In this document: piece by piece, positions 40,027-51,400 of the stretch
Numbering within the stretch: the first letter of the stretch is position 1
Layout of the letters: each line of letters begins with the position of its first letter
Assembly (NCBI GenBank): GCA_963663765.2
Contig: CAXXUA010000005.1
Coordinates: 1,120,001 to 1,184,000 of the forward strand
Direction: 5' to 3'
Source of the DNA: Candidatus Poribacteria bacterium
GTDB taxonomy: Bacteria; Poribacteria; WGA-4E; WGA-3G
Length of the DNA stretch: 64,000 nt
Notes under the pieces: model-generated
Told to the model about the DNA's origin: nothing
What the model saw: the letters and a program-made list of their open reading frames with translations, nothing else
The model's database searches: none
Translations under genes and position numbers: made by a program

Positions 40027-41610
40027 ATGCCTCTCCAATTTTTTTCAAAGACCTCAACACCTTTCACAAAAGAACCTGATTTTTCACCACGACAACATAA
40101 AAGGGATTTGTACTACGCCATCGGTATAACCACTCTCTTCCTAATTCTTGGCGGATATGGTGCAATGCACCATGAAATGTGGCGGGATGAAATCCAAGCA
40201 TGGCTCCTTGCGAGAGATAGTACCTCCGTGTTTGACCTTTTGGCAAACATGAAATATGAGGGACATCCTGCTCTTTGGCATCTCTGTCTAATGCCACTCA
40301 CACACATCACCCATAACCCTATTATCATGCAGGTGTTTCACCTACTGATTGCTGCCACAACAGTTTTCCTATTCACGCGTTACGCGCCGTTTCACTGGAT
40401 TCACAAATTCCTCTTCTCTTTCGGCTATTTTGCGCTATATGAATATGCAATTGTAGCACGTAATTATGCACTCGGTTTGCTTCTTATCACTATCTTCTGT
40501 GTGCTATATAGGGAGCGATACAAACGTATCGTATGGATCGGTATTGTCTTAATCCTACTTTCTCACACAAGCGTTCATGCCTTAATCGTAGCGATCTCAA
40601 TCGGTGTAGCACTCATGGCGGAATATCTCTATTTCTACTGCTGCAAGGAAGAAGCACTCACTGAGAATAGACAACTCGTCTGGTTAGGTTTTGTCCTAAT
40701 CGGCATTGGTATCGTTACCGCGATCTTGCAACTCAACCCTCCCTCTGATTACGGATTTGCAGTCGGATGGAACTTTGAATTTAAATTTCAACGCATGAAC
40801 AACATTACCAAAATCATGACGCAAGCACTCCTTCCATATCCAAAAGCAGTTGTGGGATTTTGGGGTAGTAACCGGCTCAACAATATCGGATTGTTTCAGT
40901 TAATCAGGCTGCCACTCTGTTATCTCATTTTTTTCTGGTGTATTTTCCGTTTCCTGAAACGTCCAACTGCACTTGTTGCCTATTCCATGGCGACTGTCGG
41001 GCTGCTTGCATTTTTCTATGTGAAATATGGTGGCAGTATCCGCCACCACGGTTTCGTGTTTATTACTTTTGTGTTCACAAGTTGGATCTACTACGATTGT
41101 CCAGAAATTGAACTTCCATTTGATCGTATCAGTGAGTTTGCACAGAAGGGTTTCGGTGCTGTATTCACTGTGTTTCTGATTGTCAATTTCCTCGGTGGCA
41201 TGACTGCTATCCGTATGGATAGTCAACACATCTTTTCTAACGCAAAAAGAACAGTCGAATATATCAAGGAACAAGGGATGCAAGACATGCTCATGATCGG
41301 ACATGGATCCCCACCAGCAAGCACAATTGTCGGATATCTTGAAAAGGATCGAATGTATTATCCACAAGGAACACGATTTGGTTCTTTTGTTAGATGGGAC
41401 AGGACAAGAAGAAATACCGTTACCAAAGAAACTATTGTCATGTTATCCGAAATGCTACAAACCCAATACGATCAAGATGTTCTGATTATCGTAAATTCTG
41501 CCTTGGACGTAGAATTGATTGAGCAGTATCAACTTATATTCTTGGAGAGTTTTACTGGTGGAACCCTCGGCAGTGAATATTATTACTTATATCTACACAA
41601 AACTGATTGA
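40027..41610 (+). CDS. Polytopic membrane protein, probable GT-C fold glycosyltransferase
   Basis: HEMWRDE, YEGHPALW, YAIVARNY, RH motif; about 11 TM segments. Confidence 0.7.
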   Translation: MPLQFFSKTSTPFTKEPDFSPRQHKRDLYYAIGITTLFLILGGYGAMHHEMWRDEIQAWLLARDSTSVFDLLANMKYEGHPALWHLCLMPLTHITHNPIIMQVFHLLIAATTVFLFTRYAPFHWIHKFLFSFGYFALYEYAIVARNYALGLLLITIFCVLYRERYKRIVWIGIVLILLSHTSVHALIVAISIGVALMAEYLYFYCCKEEALTENRQLVWLGFVLIGIGIVTAILQLNPPSDYGFAVGWNFEFKFQRMNNITKIMTQALLPYPKAVVGFWGSNRLNNIGLFQLIRLPLCYLIFFWCIFRFLKRPTALVAYSMATVGLLAFFYVKYGGSIRHHGFVFITFVFTSWIYYDCPEIELPFDRISEFAQKGFGAVFTVFLIVNFLGGMTAIRMDSQHIFSNAKRTVEYIKEQGMQDMLMIGHGSPPASTIVGYLEKDRMYYPQGTRFGSFVRWDRTRRNTVTKETIVMLSEMLQTQYDQDVLIIVNSALDVELIEQYQLIFLESFTGGTLGSEYYYLYLHKTD

Positions 41611-41654
41611 TGTTACGGATGTTTTCGTGGTTCAAACTGTACGTTTTCACAAAC

Positions 41655-41772
41655 GGTAGGTGTGCTTTGTAAGCGCCCTGGCACAGCAAGTCCAAACGGC
41701 GCGCTTACAAAGCACGCCTACCACATGAGAAATAACGGCGCGCTTACAAAGCACGCCTACCACGTGAGAAAT
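41655..41772. repeat. GTAG-type REP cluster
   Basis: GGTAGGTGTGCTTTGTAAGCGCC plus two inverted copies GGCGCGCTTACAAAGCACGCCTACC (39-bp tandem duplication). Confidence 0.8.
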
Positions 41773-41868
41773 ATTTGATTACCCAATTAATAAAGTTATC
41801 TTCATATAAATTGTCCTACATAAAAGAACTTGCAATAACTCATAAAATAGAAAGGAAGGAAACGATAA

Positions 41869-42630
41869 ATGCGATTGAAAAACAAAGTTGTACTAATTGG
41901 TGGTGCAGGTTCAAACATGAGTCGCGCAACAGCACTGCTTTTTGCACAAGAGGGAGCGAAGGTAGTACTCGCCGCACGCACAACAGAAAAGATGGAAGAA
42001 ACGGCAGAACGGATTCGTTCAAACGACAGAGTTGTACTCACTCATCAAACAGATTTAGCGAATGTCGTTCAAGTGGATTCACTTATTGATGCTGTAGTTT
42101 CTGAGTTTGGTGGTGTTGACTGTTTTATCCATGCTGCAGGCGGTTTTTTCTCAACGGAACACGATATAACCACTATGGAATCGGCGTATTGGGATGGTGC
42201 ATTGCAAAACAACTTGCAAACACTCTTCAATCCTGTTCGCAGGCTCATACCGATTTTGGATAAACGCGGAGGTGGATGTATGATCACTATTTCCGCTGGT
42301 GCACGCGTCCGACAAGATGCAAACGCTGCTTATGCTGCAGCAAAAGCAGGAATGGTTGCAACAGCAAAAAACCTCGCAAAAGAACTTTATGATAAAAATA
42401 TACGTGTTCATGCCTTGTGTCCAGGCATAATCTGGGAACCGCTACCTGAAGGAGAAATCGCACCAGTAACAACACAGTTAGAACGCCTGGGCAATCCAAT
42501 TGATGTCGCATACGCAGCTCTCTGGCTCTGCTCCGACGAAGCCGCATGGGTTACAGGATTAGAATTGACAATTGATGGTGGAGATTCACTGTTTATTGAC
42601 TCACCAATTCGACGGGAGGTACTTTCGTAG
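41869..42630 (+). CDS. SDR family oxidoreductase
   Basis: GGAGSNMS Rossmann motif (atypical), YAAAK, LCPG, IDGG. Confidence 0.9.
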   Translation: MRLKNKVVLIGGAGSNMSRATALLFAQEGAKVVLAARTTEKMEETAERIRSNDRVVLTHQTDLANVVQVDSLIDAVVSEFGGVDCFIHAAGGFFSTEHDITTMESAYWDGALQNNLQTLFNPVRRLIPILDKRGGGCMITISAGARVRQDANAAYAAAKAGMVATAKNLAKELYDKNIRVHALCPGIIWEPLPEGEIAPVTTQLERLGNPIDVAYAALWLCSDEAAWVTGLELTIDGGDSLFIDSPIRREVLS

Positions 42631-42861
42631 GAGGTTATTGATCTGTTCTTATCCTTTCAGATGCCATTTTTACATAGTTGTTGCACATACCATAGCGAAT
42701 TTTTTCTCACCATAAGCCTTCCCAACAATAGGGAATTGGGGGTTGTGCAACCGCTGAATTGACACTCGGGGAATGCCTAAATGGCATTCCCCGTCTACCG
42801 TGGCTGGATTAGTAGAATTACCCAAAGTATTTTTTAATCTTCATCATTATTTGTTAGATAT

Positions 42862-43346
42862 ACGAGTTGTGCTAAATAACTATATGTTAATCATTGTTTC
42901 ACATAAGCATGGCGTTTTGCAGGTGTCCTTCATAGTTTGAAACGATCTTCAGTCCCGTAGGGACGATATGTTTATAGAAAAACGTCATAGTACATCCTCT
43001 TTAGTCCCGTAGGGACGATATGTTTATAGAAAAACGTCATAGTACATCCTCTTTAGTCCCGTAGGGACGATATGTTTATAGAAAAACGTCATAGTACATC
43101 CTCTTTAGTCCCGTAGGGACGATATGTTTATAGAAAAACGTCATAGTACATCCTCTTTAGTCCCGTAGGGACGATATGTTTATAGAAAAACGTCATAGTA
43201 CATCCTCTTTAGTCCCGTAGGGACGATATGTTTATAGAAAAACGTCATAGTACATCCTCTTTAGTCCCGTAGGGACGATATGTGTGCATTATAAACCTAA
43301 TATATGTAAAAACTTTGAAAACAATGGGTTAACTGGCACAAGTCGT
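42862..43346. mobile_element. 485-bp MITE-like element carrying a tandem array
   Basis: TIR ACGAGTTGTGCTAAATAAC (42862-42880) vs GTTAACTGGCACAAGTCGT (43328-43346), 15/19; 7-bp direct repeat TAGATAT at 42855-42861 and 43347-43353. Confidence 0.72.
42946..43283 (+). repeat. Tandem array 2: 52-bp unit, 6 full plus 1 partial
   Basis: Cores at 42952, 43004, 43056, 43108, 43160, 43212, 43264; unit is the same 36-bp repeat plus ACGTCATAGTACATCC. Confidence 0.97.
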
Positions 43347-43373
43347 TAGATATGGTATAACATGCAGAATTAT

Positions 43374-43400
43374 GCAACCGTTTTCCTCCTAAGTCGCGTC
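43374..43400 (+). promoter_or_regulatory. Putative ECF-type autoregulatory promoter
   Basis: GCAACC-N17-CGTC (AAC/CGT signature) about 40 bp upstream of the ECF sigma gene. Confidence 0.4.
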
Positions 43401-43440
43401 ACTAGAAATCAAATAATAAAGTTGAACCTACACTTTCTGG

Positions 43441-46400
43441 ATGTACCAGATGAAAAACAACGATGTTAAACTAATCCAACAGGTTCTTGCTGGCGATGAG
43501 TCTGCTTTCGCTGAAATTGTGAAAAAATATCAAAAGCCAGTGCACGTATTAGCATGGCGAAAAGTTGGGGATTTCCACATCGCTGAAGAGATTACACAGG
43601 ACACCTTCCTGAAAGTGTATCAAAGACTTCATACCCTGAAAGACCCGAACCAGTTTTCTGGATGGCTCTACGTCATTGCGACGCGCCGATGCTACGCTTG
43701 GTTACGTAAGAAACGGATACGGACACAACCGTTGGAGGACTCAGAAACAACTATGGAACAAAGAGATGTTTATTCCCAACATGTTATAGACGAACGGAAA
43801 AACAGTGCAGCCGAAGCTCAACGTGAAGTCGTCAAAATCCTGCTCGCGAAGTTGAAGGAGAGTGAACGCACGGTGATGACACTTCACTATCTCGGAGAGA
43901 TGACAGTCGGTGAGATTAGCAAATTCTTAGGTGTTTCTGCAGGAACAATAAAGAGTCGACTCCAACGTGCGCGGCATCGTCTACAAAAGGAGGAAACGAT
44001 GATTAGAGAAGCTCTTGACCATTTCCAAATTTCACCCAACTTAACCGATAACATTATGCAAGAGATTTCGCGTCTTAAACCCTCACCATCAGCAAGCAAA
44101 CCTTTGGTGCCATGGATAGCCGCTGCTTCAAGTATAGTATTGATTGTGTTAATGCTTGGAATTGGTAGTCAATACTTAGCACGTTTTCAACAACCTTATT
44201 CATTAGATGCGCCGACAGAGATGACAGTCGAACTCGTTGACACTCCTATTGTACTAAATGTTGAGGCGAAATTAGATGTTCAAAATAGACTTGGGAATCC
44301 AAATATAGTTGGTAAGAGTGATAATAGCGGTCAGAAACCGGATGAAGTATTATTAACTGCCATACAGACAGAAGGAAAAGACGAGCTATCCGTTCCCAAA
44401 CAGCAGTGGATTCAGACCAATCCCATCAAGGGAACTTTTGTGGAAAGCTTATTCGCTACACCAGAAGGTGAACTCTACACTTATGCAAATGGACACATAT
44501 ACAGATTGCATCCTGATGAAACAAAATGGCAACACGTCTACGATTTTAGTCAACTCATTGATATTTGGAATGTTAACCATCCACTTCTGGGAAAGTGGGA
44601 CAATACCCTTTATATTGTATTAAATAATAAACTGTATGCTTCAAATGATGCAGGAAAAACCTGGAATATAATTCACTCATGGAGAGAAGATATGCTATAC
44701 GGTTATAAGCAAGAGTTTTTTCTTTCTGAAAAAGTGTTTTACCTTCCTTTTTCAAATGGTGTGATGCGTTCTTATGACCGAGGAAAGACATGGACAGATG
44801 TAAGCGATGAGGAGCCAGGATTACCCAACTCTTTCATAACTATACAAAATACGGTATTCGCTTTAATGGATTCCAATCTCTATCGCATGAACGGAGTTAA
44901 CTGGCATCAATTAGAAGTACCAGAAAAAGCAAGCATCGTTTCAGCTACAGGAACTAAAGATCGTCTTTATGTGATAGCAGTAAAAATGAACGATAATTTT
45001 ATTCCTGATCTTGAAATAATATCAAAGTCAAAAACACGCTCTTGGTGGATTTTTCGATCAACTGACTTAGGAGATTCGTGGACAGATATTACACCGACAA
45101 ACGCTTGGTCTTTAAATGGATTCCCACCTGGTAAGATTGTCGCTGCTGGGGATACGCTCTTGGTCATGGAACGCGGAATGGTACGCTCTACTGATGGTGG
45201 AGACACATGGATGCCTCCACAATTACCCGGTACTTCTCCCTCAATACAGTTTTCTAATCCCAAAACTGTGGCATTGAACGAAGATATCTTTTATGTTAAT
45301 AGTTGGGAAGATGGACTCACTCGTACCACGGATGGCGGCAAAACATGGGAAGGAGTCAACATCGCTCCAGATCGAGAAATGGATGCTGTCCTGAATCTCA
45401 CCGTTGGTAAAATAGGAGAAAAAAGAAACAATATACCGTCTACCCTCTACGCGCGAGTCTATACAAGAGAGTTGACAGAAATCGTTAAAACGATAGACGA
45501 AGGAAAATCTTGGCATGTTGTTCAAGTAGAAATACCCATAACAGACCCATACAGAGTGCCACCTCCAAATATGAACCAAATTGTTAAGTCTGATGGTGTT
45601 GTTTATGCAAAAGGTCAAGGGGGAGATAGCAAAAGAGAAGTACGTATATACCGTGTAGCTCAAGGTAGTAATACGTTAGAACCGATTCATACTATGCCGA
45701 CTTTTGATGACATGCATTTACGGCGACTGTTACGTATAGGAATGGCTTCAAGAGGATCGGATAAGTCCTACACTGAACAGTTACAGAAAAGTTCTCCAGG
45801 GGCAACTCAGTTCTTTAAACAGTTAGTACAGATGGGACAAAAAGATGAAGTCCAATTAGAGACATTTCTTCAATACGGATCTCAAGGTTCTTTTGACGTT
45901 AGTAACGACACATTCTATATGGAATACAACTTTAAACTCTTCCGTTGGAAACAAGGTGAACCTGCATGGTTTGACACAGGACTGGAAGAAAACATGGAAT
46001 TAAATATGAATTTAGCAAGAATGCCTCTGAAACTCGCTACCTCAGGTGACACTGTCTATATAGGAAAACGCAATGGACACCTATTTGTATCGTTAGATAG
46101 AGGAAACAATTGGATTGATATTACCCCTACTCTGCCCTTTAATGTTATTTTTTTTAATGACATCGTTGTAGCAGGAACAACCGTATGTGTTGCTACGGAT
46201 GGAGGTATCATTACATCAGATGACGGGAAAAACTGGGTAAGTGTGTATGATACAGAAGGGAAGGATCTTTCCATGGAACACTTGACAGTTGATGGCACAT
46301 CATTCTATGGTGTTTCGAAAGATATAGGTATTTATCGTCTAGATAATGGAACTTGGAATCAGATTGTGTCAGAGATACCAGAAAACATAACATCTTTTGC

Positions 46401-46470
46401 AGTTGATGGGAATACCATATATGTTGGCACACAAGATCATGGTATGCTGCACTATAATCTTGAAGAGTAG
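43441..46470 (+). CDS. ECF sigma-70 factor fused via a TM helix to a BNR/Asp-box beta-propeller domain (alternative start 43450)
   Basis: AEEITQDTFLK, FSGWLYVIA, TIKSRLQRAR; TM 'WIAAASSIVLIVLMLG'; many SxDxGxTW boxes. Confidence 0.92.
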   Translation: MYQMKNNDVKLIQQVLAGDESAFAEIVKKYQKPVHVLAWRKVGDFHIAEEITQDTFLKVYQRLHTLKDPNQFSGWLYVIATRRCYAWLRKKRIRTQPLEDSETTMEQRDVYSQHVIDERKNSAAEAQREVVKILLAKLKESERTVMTLHYLGEMTVGEISKFLGVSAGTIKSRLQRARHRLQKEETMIREALDHFQISPNLTDNIMQEISRLKPSPSASKPLVPWIAAASSIVLIVLMLGIGSQYLARFQQPYSLDAPTEMTVELVDTPIVLNVEAKLDVQNRLGNPNIVGKSDNSGQKPDEVLLTAIQTEGKDELSVPKQQWIQTNPIKGTFVESLFATPEGELYTYANGHIYRLHPDETKWQHVYDFSQLIDIWNVNHPLLGKWDNTLYIVLNNKLYASNDAGKTWNIIHSWREDMLYGYKQEFFLSEKVFYLPFSNGVMRSYDRGKTWTDVSDEEPGLPNSFITIQNTVFALMDSNLYRMNGVNWHQLEVPEKASIVSATGTKDRLYVIAVKMNDNFIPDLEIISKSKTRSWWIFRSTDLGDSWTDITPTNAWSLNGFPPGKIVAAGDTLLVMERGMVRSTDGGDTWMPPQLPGTSPSIQFSNPKTVALNEDIFYVNSWEDGLTRTTDGGKTWEGVNIAPDREMDAVLNLTVGKIGEKRNNIPSTLYARVYTRELTEIVKTIDEGKSWHVVQVEIPITDPYRVPPPNMNQIVKSDGVVYAKGQGGDSKREVRIYRVAQGSNTLEPIHTMPTFDDMHLRRLLRIGMASRGSDKSYTEQLQKSSPGATQFFKQLVQMGQKDEVQLETFLQYGSQGSFDVSNDTFYMEYNFKLFRWKQGEPAWFDTGLEENMELNMNLARMPLKLATSGDTVYIGKRNGHLFVSLDRGNNWIDITPTLPFNVIFFNDIVVAGTTVCVATDGGIITSDDGKNWVSVYDTEGKDLSMEHLTVDGTSFYGVSKDIGIYRLDNGTWNQIVSEIPENITSFAVDGNTIYVGTQDHGMLHYNLEE

Positions 46471-48380
46471 TGCGTCTTACGTGGTGGTATAAAAAACATC
46501 TCATCAGTGGTGGGGGAAACTATAAATTCGTGATTACAGAAAAGGCAATATTTCTTCTTGATGAAACAAGTGGTATTTATCAGTCTAAAGATGCTGGTAA
46601 GTCATGGAATGAAATTTCACCTGAAACACCTGATATTTGGTTTCGTCCACGACACTTGGTTTCTATAAGTAATATACTGGTCGTAAGTAACAGTGGCGGA
46701 TTGCACCCAGGACTCTACCGTTTCATCAATAACAAGTGGGAACTCTTGCAACTTCCAGTAACAGTAGAGGTGAGTTCTATTCGATCAATAGCTGCAACTG
46801 AGAACTATCTCTATGTCATGGTTGTGAAAAAGTCAGGTTCTGCAGATCAAAATATGAATAAACAGATGCAACAGAAACAGGAACGTTCTTGGTGGATATT
46901 CCGATCAACAGACATTGGGGAATCTTGGAAAGACATAACGCCTACAGATGCCTGGTCCCTCTTAGGGACTCCACCCTGGTTAACTTTAGTAGCTGCAAAA
47001 GAGACGGTATTAGCAATCGGAAATCAGGATGTATCGGTAGCACGTTCAACAGACACGGGTAACACGTGGACATACCAAAGAAAATCTGGTATATCACTGA
47101 CAAGTAGCAGAGAATTCGCGTCTGTATGGAATGCTGTGGCATTGAATGATAATACGTTCTATGTTGGTGGAACCAGTGGGATTCATCGTTCCATTGATGG
47201 TGGTAAAACATGGCACCGGTTCAATTCCGGATTGAGTAGGTGGGTTGATAAACTCTACGCATTTAGGGGAAAACATAAAAACGTAAATAATACACCTCCT
47301 CTGCTCTATTCAATAGTAGAAGAAAATCTAAGAGCAGGTGATTTGGTTTTTTCTAAAGATGGCGGAAAATCTTGGTTGATTGTTGAGGTATTATCACAAA
47401 TCGAAGAATCCAACAGCGAGCATACAAATAAAAAAACTGTTTTACCACGAATTCAATCGTTACAAGCATCAGACGGTGTTCTTTATGCCAAAGGTGAAAC
47501 CTATTGGAAAAGTTATGAAACACGCATATATCGCATATCAGAAAATGGTGATACACTAATCCCAATTGAGGGCATGCCAGTCTTTAAGTCTCTATTGTTC
47601 CACAACGAACTAAGAAAAATACAAAATAGCTACGCGAATTCATCCATTAAATATCCACCTGATAGGATTATTATTGAAAAATTACAGAATACTTTTGTAG
47701 GTTCATCAGAGTTTATGAAAGCAGCAGCTAAGTCTCCTGGATCAGAAATACTCCAACGAGGGATGCAGGGTGCATTTGCTGTTAGTGGTGATAGCTTCTT
47801 CATGGAATACAACTATAAACTTTTTCGCTGGAAACTTGGAGAAAATGAATGGTATGATACTGGTGTAGAAGTAAATTTTGATCTCACGACCAAAAAGAAA
47901 AATATAGATCTTGAAATTGCAATTTCCGGTGATACTGTCTATGTCGGAACGCGAGACGGAAATCTACTCCAATCAATTGATGGTGGAGATACATGGAAGG
48001 ATATTACACCAAAACTTATTAGTAACCTGAAACTGAAAAATCCTGACCTAAAACCCATTCGGGATATTATCTTTTATGGTTCCAAGGTTTACGTTGAAAC
48101 ACGTGAAGGGGTTATCACGTCAGACGATGGTAAAAATTGGTATTTCATAAATAATGAAGGTGGAAAACCCGTCTTTATGACATCTCTTGTTACTAATAAC
48201 GCTGCCCTATATGGTGTCTCCAGGAATAGTAATATCTATCAATTGGATCCTCATAGTGAAACATGGAAACAAGTCGCATCACAAACTCTGACACCGATAA
48301 ATTCGCTTGCAATTGATGGGAACTCTATATACGTAGGTACAAGCAGGAACGGTGTAATGCATTTCACACTTGAGGAATGA
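46470..48380 (+). CDS. N-terminally truncated paralog of the sigma factor's propeller domain
   Basis: Shares RSWWIFRSTD.G.SW.DITPT.AW, MEYN.KLFRWK.GE..W.DTG.E and the C-terminal LEE; no sigma domain, TM or signal peptide. Confidence 0.75.
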   Translation: MRLTWWYKKHLISGGGNYKFVITEKAIFLLDETSGIYQSKDAGKSWNEISPETPDIWFRPRHLVSISNILVVSNSGGLHPGLYRFINNKWELLQLPVTVEVSSIRSIAATENYLYVMVVKKSGSADQNMNKQMQQKQERSWWIFRSTDIGESWKDITPTDAWSLLGTPPWLTLVAAKETVLAIGNQDVSVARSTDTGNTWTYQRKSGISLTSSREFASVWNAVALNDNTFYVGGTSGIHRSIDGGKTWHRFNSGLSRWVDKLYAFRGKHKNVNNTPPLLYSIVEENLRAGDLVFSKDGGKSWLIVEVLSQIEESNSEHTNKKTVLPRIQSLQASDGVLYAKGETYWKSYETRIYRISENGDTLIPIEGMPVFKSLLFHNELRKIQNSYANSSIKYPPDRIIIEKLQNTFVGSSEFMKAAAKSPGSEILQRGMQGAFAVSGDSFFMEYNYKLFRWKLGENEWYDTGVEVNFDLTTKKKNIDLEIAISGDTVYVGTRDGNLLQSIDGGDTWKDITPKLISNLKLKNPDLKPIRDIIFYGSKVYVETREGVITSDDGKNWYFINNEGGKPVFMTSLVTNNAALYGVSRNSNIYQLDPHSETWKQVASQTLTPINSLAIDGNSIYVGTSRNGVMHFTLEE

Positions 48381-48420
48381 CATCTCATAACTGAAAGGTG
48401 TTGAATGTTAACTATCTACT

Positions 48421-51400
48421 TTACAGTTCCGCACTCACCGTCATATCTAAACGGTGTTCAGGTTTGCGTTGTTTGGTTGACAACAAGCGATAGTTGAGTC
48501 GAAAAAGCAGATCAGTAAATTTGCGTAGTCTATAATCCGCAGTTGCACGTACTTCATGGCTAACACCCTCATAAAAATAGTATTGTGTGTATGGGATGCC
48601 TCCATCACGTTTGCCATATCCGAGAGTGTGGAGAGCATATATTCTGCCTTTACCCAATATACTATATGTGATACTATTTTCATAAGAGAAGGTGCGTGTC
48701 TTTGCATCATCTTCATCATCAAGACTTTCAATATCCGTTGTGCGTTTGTAACCCAAAGTACTGCCCCATCTTAAAGCACGATTCAGTTCATATTGTAGTC
48801 TTAATTCTGTCATCTGCTCAAATTGGCGAAGATCTGAAATTGGAGTTGGAGGAAAGTTGTTGGACTCTGTAGTTGTGTTTGCATTCAAATTATTGGAGTT
48901 GAGTTCTGGTAAGTTTAGTTGACTATACTTTTCAGTCTCTCGCCGATGTTCCCAGTTTGTCCCAACTGATAATTTCTGGGTAGGATTTACAGAGAATGCA
49001 ACCTCCCATGTTCGGTTATTTCTGTGTCTTTCCTGTGTGTTTATTCTACGATTAAGCGTTCGCCCCGTTCGCAAGTTGACTTCAAAGCTAAACAAGGGTG
49101 AAGGAGAAAACTCAATGCGATGATGCTGATTTACCCTACCAAAAAGTGTTTCTGAACCTTGAAGACTTTGAAGTAAATAGAGAGATAAAGCATCTTCTTC
49201 TTCCTGTTCTTCAGTCAGCCACAACCGCGTCTGGAATCTGATTCCGTTGAGAAACCATGTGGAGAGTTGTCTCCTTTCGGTAGGTTTGGTCATAGTACCG
49301 ATGTTTTCTCTTCTAAACCCGGTTGTAGATGAACTACTTTGATTTCGTGCGCGTCGGGCAAGGAATAAACGCGGTTGAATACGAAGCTTAAATGCAGCGT
49401 CAACTGCAGTTGTCGGTTTGTCGCCAACATTCTGATAAATCTTTATATATGTGCCCTCCTCTGGGTCTTCTACATAACGTAGGTCATCCAATCTGACATA
49501 ATACCCCTCACCGGGTTGGATTCTTTGTCCAGTTAGCGGATGAATGTCGGTGTATATTTCTCGTCGTTGTGTAGTGAGTTTTTTATCCAATTCATAAGTT
49601 ATTTCAGCATCTATTGCACGACCAAACGGTGTGAGTTGAAGTGTTGTGTCTGCCAACTGTGTTGTATTATCTATTCCAAGTTCAGAATGTGCTTTTACGA
49701 TACGGCGCGCGAGGTTAGTCCTGATATTCACCCAGTTTCCACGTTGGGAAAAAAGACCTATTTTCCAAGTTCGTGCGGTGGTCAATTGCATCCAATCCGA
49801 GATACCTAAAGTTTCTCCATCAAGTGTCAATAAAGGTTCTTTTTCATAGGCTCGTTCCAATTCGTAGCTTGTGTTGACAGATACCCATTTGAAGTCAACA
49901 AGGTTGATGCGTCCAGAGGTGTTACTGCGCCTTCTATTACGGGCTGCATAGAAATCATCAGTTGAAACGAATCTGTCATAAGTACCGACTAATTCAAATG
50001 GTGAAAGTAGGTAAGATAAACTACCTTCCTGTCTTGATTTTTTGTAATTTTCTTCTATCTGTGTTGTCTCCTCATCTACGTCTGGTAATAAATTTGATGT
50101 ACTTCGATAGTCATTCCATCGTAGATTTGGAAGTTTTCTGAGAATACTTGTTTTCTCAGATTGTTTTTGAATGGAACTGTTTTCCGCATGAATTGGTCTT
50201 CTAATATTGTCAATCTGATATTGCGTAGAAGGACGAAAAAGATTTTCTCCCTGGAGTGATTGTTGATTTCGAGTTGTAAATGTGTTGGTACGGGGTTTGA
50301 AATTTACACCCCAATTTAGATTATTTCGCCGTGTCGTTGATCCTTGTATTGGATCTTCAATAGTCCTACCACCACCTAAATCAAATTGCAACCACTGATA
50401 TGGTAGCAGTTTGAAATCAAGAATTAATGTTTGTTCATCTGATGCTTGTGAAAATATGTTCGTACCTAACAACAACGCATCCTCAAAACCTTCGGTTGTG
50501 TATTGCGAACTATAACGATCTCGGTTACGATTGTTACGTGACGCACCAACAGGTAAGAACTCCGCATCCATTGTTCGTATATCAAGGTTTCCAATGAGTT
50601 TAGGTCGCAGCTTATGTGTCCATGTAGGTATATCCCACCCTGAGTAGCCGATGAGTTTCCATGCTTGACTCGTGACTTTTCTGTCAACCGTAGAATAGGT
50701 ATTCTCGTCTATGGCACTAAATGCAATTTCACCATTTATCCAAGTCTTTTCTGATAAGTTTAGTTGGCTTTCCAATCCCCACACAGTATGTTTCTGAGGG
50801 GGTGCAAGGAGTATCCCATCCTCATCAGGATCAAGCGTGTTGATACGAAGTGCGTTTAAATCATCGTCACTCAGAAGAACTAATGCTTGTTCAGGATCGT
50901 CCAGATCTGCCTCCACTGCGTAAGATGCACCTAAAGACAACCATTGTCCAGGTAATTTAAAAACGCTGTTAATTCCATATAGATTTTGTTGATATGCTCT
51001 GTCTTCAGGTATATATTCAAAGTCAACACGGATGACATCGTTGCTTGTTATCAGATGCTTACTATTAAACTCAATAATTGGGTCTCCGTATTCTCTTATG
51101 ATGTAATCATTGTTTTCACCGCGCCGCATCTTTTCGCCGTTCAACCAGACAATCTCACTACCTGCTTTGACGATAACGAACTGACTACCGACATCAAGTC
51201 TATATTCGCTGCGTCCCTCCTGACCACGAATAACCTTGCTGGTGGATTGTCCTTTTGGCAACGCACTTGGGATAAAATGAAATCGTCCCCATTCAAAATC
51301 GCCTTCAACCTTGACTCCCTCAAGTGCGCGAGGGAAAAAGACGAATTCGGATGGACCTAATGAAGCGTCAAAATCACCTAATGTACCCGTTACATTTGGA

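Noticed and set aside
42946-43283. CRISPR or TIGR array call
   Set aside because: Invariant 16-bp spacer, no spacer diversity, and no cas or Nop-domain gene nearby
43334-43350. Sigma54 promoter (TGGCAC) upstream of the ECF gene
   Set aside because: No TTGC at the -12 position; the motif is part of the MITE TIR
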